Below are positions 44,246-53,732 of a stretch of DNA of 64,000 nt, piece by piece. The notes under the pieces are model-generated. The model had not been told where the DNA came from and did not search any database. It saw only the letters and a program-made list of their open reading frames with translations. Source of the stretch: Coraliomargarita sp. GTDB taxonomy: Bacteria; Verrucomicrobiota; Verrucomicrobiia; Opitutales; Coraliomargaritaceae. Position 1 is the stretch's first letter. Each line of letters begins with the position of its first letter. Position numbers and translations under genes: made by a program. The DNA lies in assembly GCA_965216325.1 (NCBI GenBank), contig OZ244160.1, forward strand, positions 3,000,511 to 3,064,510, in the 5' to 3' direction.

Positions 44246-45627
44246 AACGGCACCTCCACTAAAGGACGGGTGTCTGCAGCATCTCCCATTGGCATGCCAC
44301 TTCGTCCGACGACATCTTTTTGATGCATTGCGTTAATCAGCCAGAAGTTGAATGCCATCCGAGCGCCCTGACGTAGAATGCGATGTGAGCTGAAACGATT
44401 TGCGATACTTCTCCAACTGTAGAATCGTTTCCGTGCTTGAAGGCAACCGGCTTCGAGTTCTTCGCAAGACATTGATTTCGGACTAAACGGGATTTGGTTA
44501 TAGCGATAGCGCTGATCCAACCACCATGCGTCATACATCAAACGGCCTTCATCTTTTAGGCGTTTATAAAGTGGAGTGCCGGGGAAGGGGGTGATGTGGT
44601 TAAATGCAGCAATAAATAAGCCGTGCTCAATTGCGAAATCAACGGTGGTATCAAATACGTCAGGCGTGTCTGTATCGTAGCCGAAGATAAATGTTCCATA
44701 GATCCGAAGGCCTGCTTCACGTAGTCGTGCCAGCGTTTCGGTGTAGCCTCCGTTCTTTAAGTTGAAACCCTTACGCATTGTTTTGAGTGCGGTTTCATTC
44801 AGACTTTCGAGGCCGACTAAAACGCCTTGGCAACCGCTCTCACGCATTGCGTCTAAGAGGTCTGGATTCCATGCCGCGGTGCTACTTGCTTGGCTGACCC
44901 AGCGAATACCTTTTCCTTTGAGCGCATCACAGAGTTCCAAGGCTGATTCGGGATCGGATGCGAAATTATCATCAATAAAGAAGATCATCTCACCGGGGCG
45001 TTTCACTTCTTCGATTTCATCGAGCACTTGGCTCACTCGTGAATGGGTGTGCGAGGCTTTGAAGGCTGCAGTGATCGCACAAAAGTCGCAGGTGAATCGG
45101 CAGCCTCGAGAGTATTCGACCAAGCCGATAGGTAGGTAGGGTTTACCTTTGTAGATACTGCGATCAGGACGAATACGTGCGTTCGGTCGCCCCTCTGCTT
45201 GATAGCGGCGCTGAAGTTTTCCCGCTAAAAAGTCTTCGAGTAGCTGTGGGAACAATTGCTCTGCTTCACCGACGACAACTGCTTCGGCGAAGCGTGAAAC
45301 TTCATCCGGACAGAGTGTGGCATGGAAGCCGCCCATTACGACGGGGATGTTGCGACGTCTAAAGATACTGGCAATTTGGTAGCTGCGTCGGGCTGTATAC
45401 GTTTCTACGCTCAGGCAGACGAGATCGGCATTGATACTTTCGTCTATGCGATCGAAGCGATCGTCAACGAACTGAACGTCCACACCATCGCCGAGTGTTT
45501 GCTTGGCCAGTGCGGATACTTGCGCTGGTGGCAAGGGCTGCATTTTCCATGTGCGAATATATTTCTTCTGGCCAACATGGCGCCCGACGCAGGGATGGAT
45601 GATGAGTAAGCGGAGTGGTCTCGTCAT
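44242..45627 (-). CDS. B12-binding domain radical SAM protein
   Basis: VVMGGFHATL, VVGEAE, SRGCRFTCDFC (CxxxCxxC), FFIDDNF, VGLES, TPFPGTPLY. Confidence 0.93.
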   Translation of the reverse strand: MTRPLRLLIIHPCVGRHVGQKKYIRTWKMQPLPPAQVSALAKQTLGDGVDVQFVDDRFDRIDESINADLVCLSVETYTARRSYQIASIFRRRNIPVVMGGFHATLCPDEVSRFAEAVVVGEAEQLFPQLLEDFLAGKLQRRYQAEGRPNARIRPDRSIYKGKPYLPIGLVEYSRGCRFTCDFCAITAAFKASHTHSRVSQVLDEIEEVKRPGEMIFFIDDNFASDPESALELCDALKGKGIRWVSQASSTAAWNPDLLDAMRESGCQGVLVGLESLNETALKTMRKGFNLKNGGYTETLARLREAGLRIYGTFIFGYDTDTPDVFDTTVDFAIEHGLFIAAFNHITPFPGTPLYKRLKDEGRLMYDAWWLDQRYRYNQIPFSPKSMSCEELEAGCLQARKRFYSWRSIANRFSSHRILRQGARMAFNFWLINAMHQKDVVGRSGMPMGDAADTRPLVEVPF

Positions 45628-47000
45628 TGAGAGATGCCTCCGGCCTTTAGTGTTTCAATCTTTGGCACCATCGGTTGCGCTAGCCCCCAGTCACAGGTGT
45701 AGAATTTATCCAAGTGATGCGCATAATAGCGATAGGTGTAATTCGTCACCAAGGCTATAGGTAGCGGAGCAGCGGTTCGTCGTAGACGCTTATAGCAGCC
45801 CTTGATTGAGTAGGCGATTTTCCATGCTCGCTCAGTTCCAAGTTCCAGTTCACGAGGGCTCATGCTATCGGGCTGAAAGACGCAGTGCTGTCCGTCGTAG
45901 AGTGACCAGTCTTTGTGTAGCAACCGTCCTTCGCTCGCCAGTCGAGTATGTAGTGGAGTCCCGGGAAAGGGGGTGCTAATAGCGAAGCGTGGTAAATCAA
46001 TGCCTGCCTCCACTGCGAATTCGGCTGTGCGCTCGAAGACATCCATCGACTCGCCGTCTTGGCCGAAAACGAAGCAGCCCTGAAGTGCGATACCTTTTCG
46101 ATGTAGTTTCTCGACGACTTCGGCATAGTTGTCCGGTTTGTTGAAGCTCTTGTGCATTCCTTTGAGGATCGCAGGGTCGATACTCTCTAGGCCCATTAGC
46201 AAACCAGTGCAGCCACTTTTTGCACAAGCGTTGAGTAGCTCTTCGTCGTTAACTAAGGTCGTCGTGGCCAAGCCAAACCATTTCACTTTGAGTGGCGTTA
46301 GAGCGTGAAACAATTCGAGTGCATACTTGCGGTTTGCGATGATATTCAGGTCGACGAAGATGATGCGCTTTTTGCCGTGGCGACGAATGTCATCGACTAC
46401 ATGTGCGACGGGCTTGTGCCATACTTTTCGCCCCCATGCACTCGGTGAGACGCAAAAGTCACATTTGAATACACAGCCACGAGTTGCCTCGAACACTGCA
46501 TCGGTCAAGTAGCTGCCAGAGGGTAGAACACTGCGATCAGGCAATGGCGTGTCTAATGTGTAATCCGGCTGTTCGCGATACTGGCTCTTTAACTCGCCCG
46601 CAATCCAGTCGCGCAGAAGCTGCGGCCATGTCAATTCTGCCCAACCAATTACTAGGCTGTCAGCATGTGTCTCCGCATCATTTGGAGTAAGAGTGATATG
46701 TGGCCCGCCTAATACAACCGGTATCCCGCGATCACGAAAAATCTTGGATAGCTCGTAGGCTCTAGGTGCAGAGCCGGTTATGACAGTCATGCCTACCAGA
46801 TCGGCATCCAAGGAATGTGGATCGATCGTTTGAATTCCCTCGTCCAGACAGACTAGTTCGATGTCCAATTCTTTCGGGGTGAGTGCGGCAAGCGTTGGAA
46901 AGGTCTGTGGCATGTAGCGCAGACCTTTTCCGAAAATGCCTCCCTTATGACGATACAGAGGCCCCTTCGGACTGATGAGAACTACTTTACGGCGCTTCAT
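45624..47000 (-). CDS. B12-binding domain radical SAM protein (paralogue)
   Basis: VVLGGPHITL, TRGCVFKCDFC, IFVDLN, MGLES, TPFPGTPLH. Confidence 0.93.
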   Translation of the reverse strand: MKRRKVVLISPKGPLYRHKGGIFGKGLRYMPQTFPTLAALTPKELDIELVCLDEGIQTIDPHSLDADLVGMTVITGSAPRAYELSKIFRDRGIPVVLGGPHITLTPNDAETHADSLVIGWAELTWPQLLRDWIAGELKSQYREQPDYTLDTPLPDRSVLPSGSYLTDAVFEATRGCVFKCDFCVSPSAWGRKVWHKPVAHVVDDIRRHGKKRIIFVDLNIIANRKYALELFHALTPLKVKWFGLATTTLVNDEELLNACAKSGCTGLLMGLESIDPAILKGMHKSFNKPDNYAEVVEKLHRKGIALQGCFVFGQDGESMDVFERTAEFAVEAGIDLPRFAISTPFPGTPLHTRLASEGRLLHKDWSLYDGQHCVFQPDSMSPRELELGTERAWKIAYSIKGCYKRLRRTAAPLPIALVTNYTYRYYAHHLDKFYTCDWGLAQPMVPKIETLKAGGISQ

Positions 47001-47062
47001 TCTATACACTATTGCGAACGATAGATTAGATAGCTAAAGATGAACTTCTTCTATAGCTACAC

Positions 47063-47095
47063 AAAAAAGGCCGTCCAGTTATTGGACGGCCTTTT
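47063..47095 (-). terminator. Rho-independent terminator of tkt
   Basis: aaaaaaggccgtcca-gttat-tggacggcctttt. Confidence 0.82.
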
Positions 47096-47117
47096 GAATG
47101 AAGATTTGAACGATTGC

Positions 47118-49121
47118 TTAGAGGAGCTCCTTGGCAACGGCTGCGACGTTTTCGGCAGTCATGCCGAGCTGTTCCATGACTTGGCCACCTGGCGCGGAGA
47201 TGCCGAAGCGGTCGATGCAGACGGTCTTGCCTGCGAGGCCGACATACTTGCCCCATGTGTTGGACACACCGGCTTCAACGGCTACGCGTGCGGTGCAGCT
47301 GCTTGGAAGGACGCTCTCGATGTAGTCGGCGGACTGACGGTCGAAGCGCTCGAAGCAAGGCAGGGAGACAACGCGAACGCCCTCACCAATTTGCTCAGCT
47401 GCGCCGAGTGCGTGCTGCACTTCAGAACCAGTTGCCATGATGATGAGCTTGAGCTCGCCGGATTCTTTCTTGGCGATGTAGCCGCCCTTGAGGGTGCCTT
47501 CGCGGCGGTCGGCAGCGCTCACGCTGTCGTTGGCAGGAACATTCTGGCGAGTGAAGATCAGCGCGGTTGGGCCGTCCTTGCGCTCAAGAGCTGCGGCGTA
47601 AGCACCAGCAGTTTCTTCTGCGTCGGATGGGCGGATGACGTCGAGATTTGGAATCACGCGCAGACCACTGACCGTTTCAACTGGTTGGTGCGTTGGGCCG
47701 TCTTCACCGACACCGACGGAGTCGTGCGTGAAGATGTAAGTTACCGGAAGCTTCGCAAGGGATGCGAGGCGGATAGATGGGCGAAGGTAGTCGGCGAATA
47801 CCAGGAAGGTTGCACCGCTGGTGCGGAAGATGCCGTCGTATGCGATACCGTTGCAGATTGCGCCCATTGCGTGCTCGCGGATACCGAACCAGATGTTGCG
47901 GCCCGCGTAGTTGTCGGCGCCGAAGTCACCACCGTCCTTGATGTAGTTCTTAGTGGAACCGTAGAGGTCCGCGGAGCCAGTGATGAAGTGTGGCACTTCC
48001 TTGGCAACGGATTGGATAACAGTGCCGCCGGTTGCGCGGGTTGCGCCACCGGTGCCTGCGTCGAATTCCGGGATGCGGTTGACGAGGTCGGCGGGCACTT
48101 CGTCGGCGACGCCTGCTTCAAGCTCAGCTGCGAGCTCTGCGTTGGCTGCCTTCCATGCGTCGTAAGTGGCGACCCACTCAGAGTGTGCGGCTGCGGAATT
48201 GTCTGCGTGCTCCTTGAAGAATTCGCGCACTTCGTCAGATACGAAGAAGGTTTCTTCCGGAAGGCCGAGACCCTTGCGAGCGGCTTCAGCGAACTTCGCG
48301 CCACCTTCACCGTGACCGGCAGCAGTGCCTTCAACTTCAGGGATACCCTTGCCGATCGTGGTCTTCGCGATGATGACCTTTGGCTTGCCGTTGTCGTTGC
48401 TCTTCGCGTGGGCAACGGCTTCGGTGATCGCCGTGAGGTTGTGGCCGTCGATGGTAATCGCGTCCCAACCTTGGGAGATGAAGTAGGACTCGGCGTCTTC
48501 GCTTTGTGTGCGATCTGCCATCGCGTCGAGTGTGACGTCGTTGGAGTCGTAAATAAGGATCAGGTTGTCGAGTTGGTTGTGGCCGGCAAATGCGATCGCT
48601 TCCTTGGCCACACCTTCTTGTAGGCAGCCGTCACCGTTGAGTGCAAACACGTGGTGATCGAAAATGGTGTGCTCCGCAGTATTGAACTTGGCAGCTGCGC
48701 GCTTACCGGAGAGTGCGTAACCGACAGCGTTACCGATACCTTGGCCGAGTGGGCCGGTGGTGGCTTCGACGCCAACGGTGTCGCCGAACTCAGGGTGACC
48801 TGGAGTTTCAGAGCCGAGCACGCGGAAGTTTTTGACCTCTTCGAGTGACAGTTCGTAGCCGGACAGGTGTAGCCAGCTGTAGATGAACATGGAGCCGTGG
48901 CCGCCGGAAAGCACGAAGCGGTCGCGGTTGAGCCACTTCGGTGCGGCTGGGTTGTAGCGCAGGCCACCGTTGCCGAATAGCACGGCACCGATTTCAGCAC
49001 AGCCGAGCGGTAGGCCCAGGTGGCCGGAGCTGCAGGCGTGAATCGCGTCGATCGCGAGGCCGCGCGCTTGGGTTGCTGCTTGTGAGAGAATTGCGTCTTT
49101 GGATGCGGTCTCTGTTGTCAT
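47118..49121 (-). CDS. tkt: Transketolase
   Basis: [53 protein letters not shown]. Confidence 0.97.
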   Translation of the reverse strand: MTTETASKDAILSQAATQARGLAIDAIHACSSGHLGLPLGCAEIGAVLFGNGGLRYNPAAPKWLNRDRFVLSGGHGSMFIYSWLHLSGYELSLEEVKNFRVLGSETPGHPEFGDTVGVEATTGPLGQGIGNAVGYALSGKRAAAKFNTAEHTIFDHHVFALNGDGCLQEGVAKEAIAFAGHNQLDNLILIYDSNDVTLDAMADRTQSEDAESYFISQGWDAITIDGHNLTAITEAVAHAKSNDNGKPKVIIAKTTIGKGIPEVEGTAAGHGEGGAKFAEAARKGLGLPEETFFVSDEVREFFKEHADNSAAAHSEWVATYDAWKAANAELAAELEAGVADEVPADLVNRIPEFDAGTGGATRATGGTVIQSVAKEVPHFITGSADLYGSTKNYIKDGGDFGADNYAGRNIWFGIREHAMGAICNGIAYDGIFRTSGATFLVFADYLRPSIRLASLAKLPVTYIFTHDSVGVGEDGPTHQPVETVSGLRVIPNLDVIRPSDAEETAGAYAAALERKDGPTALIFTRQNVPANDSVSAADRREGTLKGGYIAKKESGELKLIIMATGSEVQHALGAAEQIGEGVRVVSLPCFERFDRQSADYIESVLPSSCTARVAVEAGVSNTWGKYVGLAGKTVCIDRFGISAPGGQVMEQLGMTAENVAAVAKELL

Positions 49122-49292
49122 AGGATTTAACTATAGTTGGAGCCGGATGCTCCGTTTGTTTTGGTAAGAAAGTCGCTGAAAATGAACCGAATAGCTTGAA
49201 TGGAAAGGAAAAAGGGACCTGTGCCTATGAATTTCCATCATGCTCACAATCAAAACTCGACTCTGGGAGGGGAGTCTCGCTATAGAGTCCGT

Positions 49293-49718
49293 ATGACTCA
49301 CGAAGAATTAGAAGAAGGCAAGGTCCTGAATCTCGATTTCACGAAGCTCCGCAAGGTTGCTAACTGCGAAGCAGATGTGCTGCCTGCAGTTGCACAGGAT
49401 GTCGAAACGGGCGAAGTCCTGATCGTCGGCTACGCCAATGACTTGGCGCTCGAAACTGCGCGTGAGTGCGGCATGGCGACTTTCTGGAGCACCAGCCGCA
49501 ACGAACTCTGGATCAAGGGCAAGACCAGTGGCGACTACCTGCAGCTTGAAGAGATTCGCGTCAATTGTGAGCAAAATTCGCTGCTCTACTTGGTTAAGCA
49601 GGTCGGCAAGGGTTCCTGCCACACTAAGAATAAGGACGGGATCTCACGTTCCGGTTGCTACTACCGCCGTATCGAGGCGGATGGTTCGCTTGAGTTTATC
49701 GATCCGTCCAAGGAATAG
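49293..49718 (+). CDS. hisI: Phosphoribosyl-AMP cyclohydrolase (variant motif)
   Basis: AQDVETGEVL, FWSTSRNELWIKGKTSG, NCEQNS, SCHT, SGCYY. Confidence 0.85.
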   Translation: MTHEELEEGKVLNLDFTKLRKVANCEADVLPAVAQDVETGEVLIVGYANDLALETARECGMATFWSTSRNELWIKGKTSGDYLQLEEIRVNCEQNSLLYLVKQVGKGSCHTKNKDGISRSGCYYRRIEADGSLEFIDPSKE

Positions 49719-49730
49719 TCGGCACGATTT

Positions 49731-49834
49731 GTAGGGGCTTTGCTTGCCTTCGACCATGAGCTCAGGCCGAATGGCGAAGCCCGCAGATTGAGCAGTAACT
49801 ACGCTGACGCGGGCGTCGCAAGCAACGCCCCTAC
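49731..49834. repeat. GTAGGGG REP doublet with nested 28-bp insert
   Basis: gtaggggctttgcttgc[49748-49775]gaagcccgc ... gcgggcgtcgcaagcaacgcccctac. Confidence 0.85.
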
Positions 49835-49837
49835 ATT

Positions 49838-50629
49838 ATGCAGATCGCTCTAGCACAGTTCCACGTTGAGCGCGGAGAGCCGCAGGCAAATCTGGCGAAG
49901 ATTCGGGCTTTCGTGTCGGAGGTCGCGAGCGCGGGGGCTCAGGCATTGTTTTTGCCGGAGATGTGCACGACTGGTTTCGACTGGAAGCGTAATCGTTCAC
50001 TGTTGCCCGAAGCAACGGGACTGAATGCATCGCTTGCGGCTCTAGCGTCTGAGCTTGGCATTGCGATTTGTGGTTCCTTTCTGGAGCAGACCGATACGGG
50101 CGGTATGGCGAATACACTGATGTATTGGAATGCTGCGGGTGAACGCTTGGCGCATTACCGCAAGGTGCATCTGTTTACATTATTCCGTGAAGAGCGCCAT
50201 GTTGAAGGCGGAGCGGAGATTGTGACGGCTGAGACTGAGGTCGGAAAGCTGGGCTGTTCGGTGTGCTATGATTTGCGCTTTCCGGAGCTCTTTAGAAAGT
50301 GCGCTTTGGCGGGTGCTGAAGTGCAGGTGCTGCCAGCAGCGTTTCCACATCCGCGTTTAGAGCATTGGCGCACGCTGATTCGTGCGCGAGCGATTGAGAA
50401 CCAGAATTACTTCATCGCAGTGAATCAGTGTGGCCCCGAGGGGCATGGTGATGGTGTGGGCGATGTCGTGTATTTTGGCCATTCCGCGGTGATCGATCCA
50501 TGGGGGAATACTGTGGTTGAAGCGGGAGAAGACGAGGGAGTGTTTTACGCTGAGATCGACCCGGCGATGGTTGGCAAGACGCGTGAGAAGCTGCCCGCGC
50601 TACGGGACCGCAAACCAGACTTGTATTGA
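49838..50629 (+). CDS. Carbon-nitrogen hydrolase (nitrilase/omega-amidase-like)
   Basis: LPEM, YRKVHLF and VCYDLRFPE give the Glu-Lys-Cys triad; RARAIEN. Confidence 0.92.
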   Translation: MQIALAQFHVERGEPQANLAKIRAFVSEVASAGAQALFLPEMCTTGFDWKRNRSLLPEATGLNASLAALASELGIAICGSFLEQTDTGGMANTLMYWNAAGERLAHYRKVHLFTLFREERHVEGGAEIVTAETEVGKLGCSVCYDLRFPELFRKCALAGAEVQVLPAAFPHPRLEHWRTLIRARAIENQNYFIAVNQCGPEGHGDGVGDVVYFGHSAVIDPWGNTVVEAGEDEGVFYAEIDPAMVGKTREKLPALRDRKPDLY

Positions 50630-50663
50630 GGCTAGTAGCAGCTCTGCAGAGCACAGTTGTAGG

Positions 50664-51665
50664 CTATCGAATGAAGACCAAGCTCACTTCATTCACGGTC
50701 TCGTTGCTCTCATTACGTAGCATTGCGGACACGTGGACTTCTCCGTCGCGCCAATCAAATTCGATGAGCCCAAAACCTTTTCCTGGGTAAACGGAGCCGC
50801 TACGGTAGCGGTTGGGCTCGGCTTTAAACTTGGTCCAGGAGTGTGTCATGCCACTGGAGGTAACATCCACCAGCGGGTAGGCGAGGGCACCATCCTTGAG
50901 AACAGAGATCTCATGTATGTGGCGGTCTCCACTTAAGAAAAGTGTTCCCTTTGCCTGACTTTCACGCAGGAGCTGGAGTAACCACTCGCGACTTTCCGGG
51001 AAGTTCGCCCATTTCTCGTATCGGTGCTCATTGGAGAGCACCTGTATGCCACTGACGATCAGGTGGACCTGTGCATCACTGTTGCGGAGTTCCTGCTCTA
51101 GCCAGCTACGTTGAGCAGGGCCCAGTAGGTCAGGCTCATCGGCTTGGGGACCCGTGGAGAAATAGCGACCGTCGAGAAGGAGAACCTTCACGCGCTGCCC
51201 CTCAGGGCCGAAGCTGTAGCTGCCATAGAGACCTTCGCGGCTACGGCGAGGATCCTCGCTGGGAACCTCCATAAAGTCCAAGGCCATGTCGCACGTCTGG
51301 GCTTTGATCGGGTAGCTGCTGTCCTCATTGTTCTTGCCATAGTCATGGTCATCCCAGGTGCCGATGATTGGAGTCGTCTGACGAAATGTGCGATATTCCT
51401 CGCGCTCAAACTGCTGCTGATACTTTGCTTGAATCACCGCTGGCTTGGCCGAGTCGCCGTAGATATTGTCACCGGCCCAAATCCATAGGTCGGGTTGGTT
51501 ACTGGCGATCACTGGCCAGAGCGGCTGCGCTTTATTCTGATGGTTACAGGAGCCGAAGGCGACGCGTGTTAATGGTGACTCAAAGTCCGTGGGATGGTAG
51601 GCCTGTGCGCAGCTTAGCAGGAAGCTGCAGATCCACAGGCGATTGAGGCAGGGTGCAAGGTGCAT
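50664..51665 (-). CDS. PhoD-like alkaline phosphatase/metallophosphatase (secreted)
   Basis: AFGSC, WAGDNIYGD, TWDDHDYG, LLDGRY, LSGDRH, VTSSG; real start at MHLAPC (51665). Confidence 0.88.
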   Translation of the reverse strand: MHLAPCLNRLWICSFLLSCAQAYHPTDFESPLTRVAFGSCNHQNKAQPLWPVIASNQPDLWIWAGDNIYGDSAKPAVIQAKYQQQFEREEYRTFRQTTPIIGTWDDHDYGKNNEDSSYPIKAQTCDMALDFMEVPSEDPRRSREGLYGSYSFGPEGQRVKVLLLDGRYFSTGPQADEPDLLGPAQRSWLEQELRNSDAQVHLIVSGIQVLSNEHRYEKWANFPESREWLLQLLRESQAKGTLFLSGDRHIHEISVLKDGALAYPLVDVTSSGMTHSWTKFKAEPNRYRSGSVYPGKGFGLIEFDWRDGEVHVSAMLRNESNETVNEVSLVFIR

Positions 51666-51752
51666 GCTGGTTCTTGATATCAATAAATGTGCTGCTCGCA
51701 AGCGCGATGCAGAGTTGACAAGAATCCGGCCTATCGCGTCAATCAGCGCCAC

Positions 51753-52817
51753 ATGAGCGACGAAAAGAAAGTTATCCTTACCTGTGCACAGCCGACTGGT
51801 GTTCTCACCATGGGCAACTATCTCGGTGCAGTTAAGAACTGGGCTACCATGCTCGACGACTACAATTGCTATTTCGGAGTGGTGGACCAGCACGCGATCA
51901 CGGTGAAATACACGCCGGCAGATCTGCGTAAAAACACGCTTTCCTGCGTCGCGCAATACATCGCCTGCGGTCTCGACCCCGAGCGCGCCAATATTTTCAT
52001 CCAGTCCCATGTGATCGGACACACCGAGCTGGCATGGTTGCTGAGTTGCATCACGCCGATTGGCGACCTGCAGCGTATGACTCAGTTCAAGGAGAAGGCA
52101 GCCAAACTCGGCTTCAAGTCTTCGGACGATAGCAACGAGTTGAAGTTTTCCCACGAGGGCGCTCGTGCCGGTGCATCCGTGAACTCCGGCTTGCTCATGT
52201 ATCCGGTGCTGATGGCCGCGGACATCCTGCTCTACAACGCCGATGCGGTTCCGGTAGGCAATGATCAGCGTCAACACTTGGAGCTCTGCCGCGACCTCGC
52301 GCAACGCTTTAACCACAACTACTCCGAGACCTTCACCATTCCTGAGCCGTTCATTCCGAAGGCGGGCGCGCGCATTATGTCGCTGCAAGATCCGACCCGA
52401 AAGATGTCCAAGAGCGATGAGAACCAAAGCGCCACGCTCTACATTCTGGATAAGCCGGATGTGCTGAAAAAGAAGATCATGAGCGCGGTGACGGACTCGG
52501 GCAGCGAGATCAAAGCGACTGAAGGCAAGCCGGGTGTTTCCAATCTCTTGCAAATCCATACTGCGATTAGCGGCACGCCGACTGCCGAGCTCGAAGCCTC
52601 CTTTGTGGGCAAGGGCTATGGTGATCTGAAAAAGGAAGTCGCGGATGTGGTGATCAGTGCGCTTGAGCCGGTGCAGCAGCGTTACGACGAGCTGATCAAG
52701 GATAAGAAGTATCTCGAATCGGTTCTCAAAGCAGGTGCCGGTGAAGCGCAGAAGCGTGCCTACAAGATCCTAGCCAAAGTGTACCGCAAGGCCGGCTTTG
52801 TGGAACGTCCGCGATAA
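51753..52817 (+). CDS. trpS: Tryptophanyl-tRNA synthetase
   Basis: QPTG.LTMGNY, YPVLMAADIL, VPVGNDQRQHLE, KMSKS. Confidence 0.97.
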   Translation: MSDEKKVILTCAQPTGVLTMGNYLGAVKNWATMLDDYNCYFGVVDQHAITVKYTPADLRKNTLSCVAQYIACGLDPERANIFIQSHVIGHTELAWLLSCITPIGDLQRMTQFKEKAAKLGFKSSDDSNELKFSHEGARAGASVNSGLLMYPVLMAADILLYNADAVPVGNDQRQHLELCRDLAQRFNHNYSETFTIPEPFIPKAGARIMSLQDPTRKMSKSDENQSATLYILDKPDVLKKKIMSAVTDSGSEIKATEGKPGVSNLLQIHTAISGTPTAELEASFVGKGYGDLKKEVADVVISALEPVQQRYDELIKDKKYLESVLKAGAGEAQKRAYKILAKVYRKAGFVERPR

Positions 52818-52863
52818 TGGTATTCAGCTGTAAGGATTTCGTGCTGACTGCGATTTCCAACTT

Positions 52864-53103
52864 ATGCCTAAAACGACCATGACTGACCGTGTATACGCCA
52901 TACTAGGAGCACTGACTCCCAGCTGCTCGGATGGAATGCGCCTGGTCGAATTGGGGCAGGAGCGACCTCTCAAGCTGCATGAGCGAATTGCCTTAGCATA
53001 TAACTCGCCGCTGTGCCTGCACTGCAATTGCAAGCGGGAAAAGTTCGACAAGGAGCGGGAGAAGTTGCGTGAGCTCGATCGCGAGCGCAAGAAGCAGGCC
53101 TAA
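52864..53103 (+). CDS. Small Cys-containing protein, zf-HC2 (anti-sigma zinc finger)-like
   Basis: SC....L....ERPL...ER..L.....C..C pattern. Confidence 0.5.
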   Translation: MPKTTMTDRVYAILGALTPSCSDGMRLVELGQERPLKLHERIALAYNSPLCLHCNCKREKFDKEREKLRELDRERKKQA

Positions 53104-53609
53104 AAGGCGTTCTGCCAGAGTGCGACTTCGTCGTGATGGCCTTGTGCCTGAAGGCTGCCTGCAATTTCCTCCATGTTGGGAAAGGTGATGGCTTGCTCGG
53201 TGTCGTTGGGCAAATTGGGTCGGGCCGCGCTGATCAAGGCCCAGACGGCCCACGCGCGTGCGCGACGTAGCTTCTGGCGGTCGCCGCGTAAGCGGGTCGC
53301 CTGATGCTGGAAACTAATGCGTGGGTTTCCGGGGAAATCATCGCTCGTATGATGTGCGACGATCCACTTGAGCGCAGCATAGGGCAAGGGCCACTGCTTC
53401 AGAATTTCGGCAGTCTCATCAAGGTCGGCATACAGCGCGCGTGTAATTGCCAAAATGGCCCGTCCGGCATGGCCGTTTAGCCAGAGGTAATGCCCATATT
53501 GAAGGGCGGTCCGATAAAAGACTTCTGGATCGTCACCGCGCAGCTCCGTCAGGCAGCGGTGCGACATCCGTGCTTCGGGTTCTGGAAGGTAGGGGCAGTG
53601 GTCAGGCAT
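53100..53609 (-). CDS. Hypothetical protein
   Basis: 169-aa ORF, FPGNPRISFQHQATR; no recognisable family. Confidence 0.7.
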   Translation of the reverse strand: MPDHCPYLPEPEARMSHRCLTELRGDDPEVFYRTALQYGHYLWLNGHAGRAILAITRALYADLDETAEILKQWPLPYAALKWIVAHHTSDDFPGNPRISFQHQATRLRGDRQKLRRARAWAVWALISAARPNLPNDTEQAITFPNMEEIAGSLQAQGHHDEVALWQNAF

Positions 53610-53637
53610 TGGGTGCGGTTCGTTGATTTTACTTGAG

Positions 53638-53724
53638 GTCGCGTAGACGTGTCCTCACGGCGCACCACGTTGATTGAGCGAGTTCGTTGGAGTACTATGT
53701 GGTGCGAGAACGCACTCGCGCTAC
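53638..53724. repeat. Degenerate GTAGCGC REP doublet
   Basis: gtcgcgtagacgtgtcctcacggcgc ... ggtgcgagaacgcactcgcgctac. Confidence 0.6.
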
Positions 53725-53732
53725 CCGGATAG

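Noticed and set aside
47001..47117. RiPP precursor or cobalamin riboswitch upstream of the radical SAM operon
   Set aside because: Only about 60 bp remain between the tkt terminator and the start codon; no small ORF or riboswitch motif
47040..48623. 527-aa plus-strand ORF
   Set aside because: Antisense shadow of transketolase; no motifs
51666..52559. Apparent 300-aa N-terminal extension of the PhoD-like ORF
   Set aside because: Mostly antisense to trpS; a signal-peptide-like start exists at 51665
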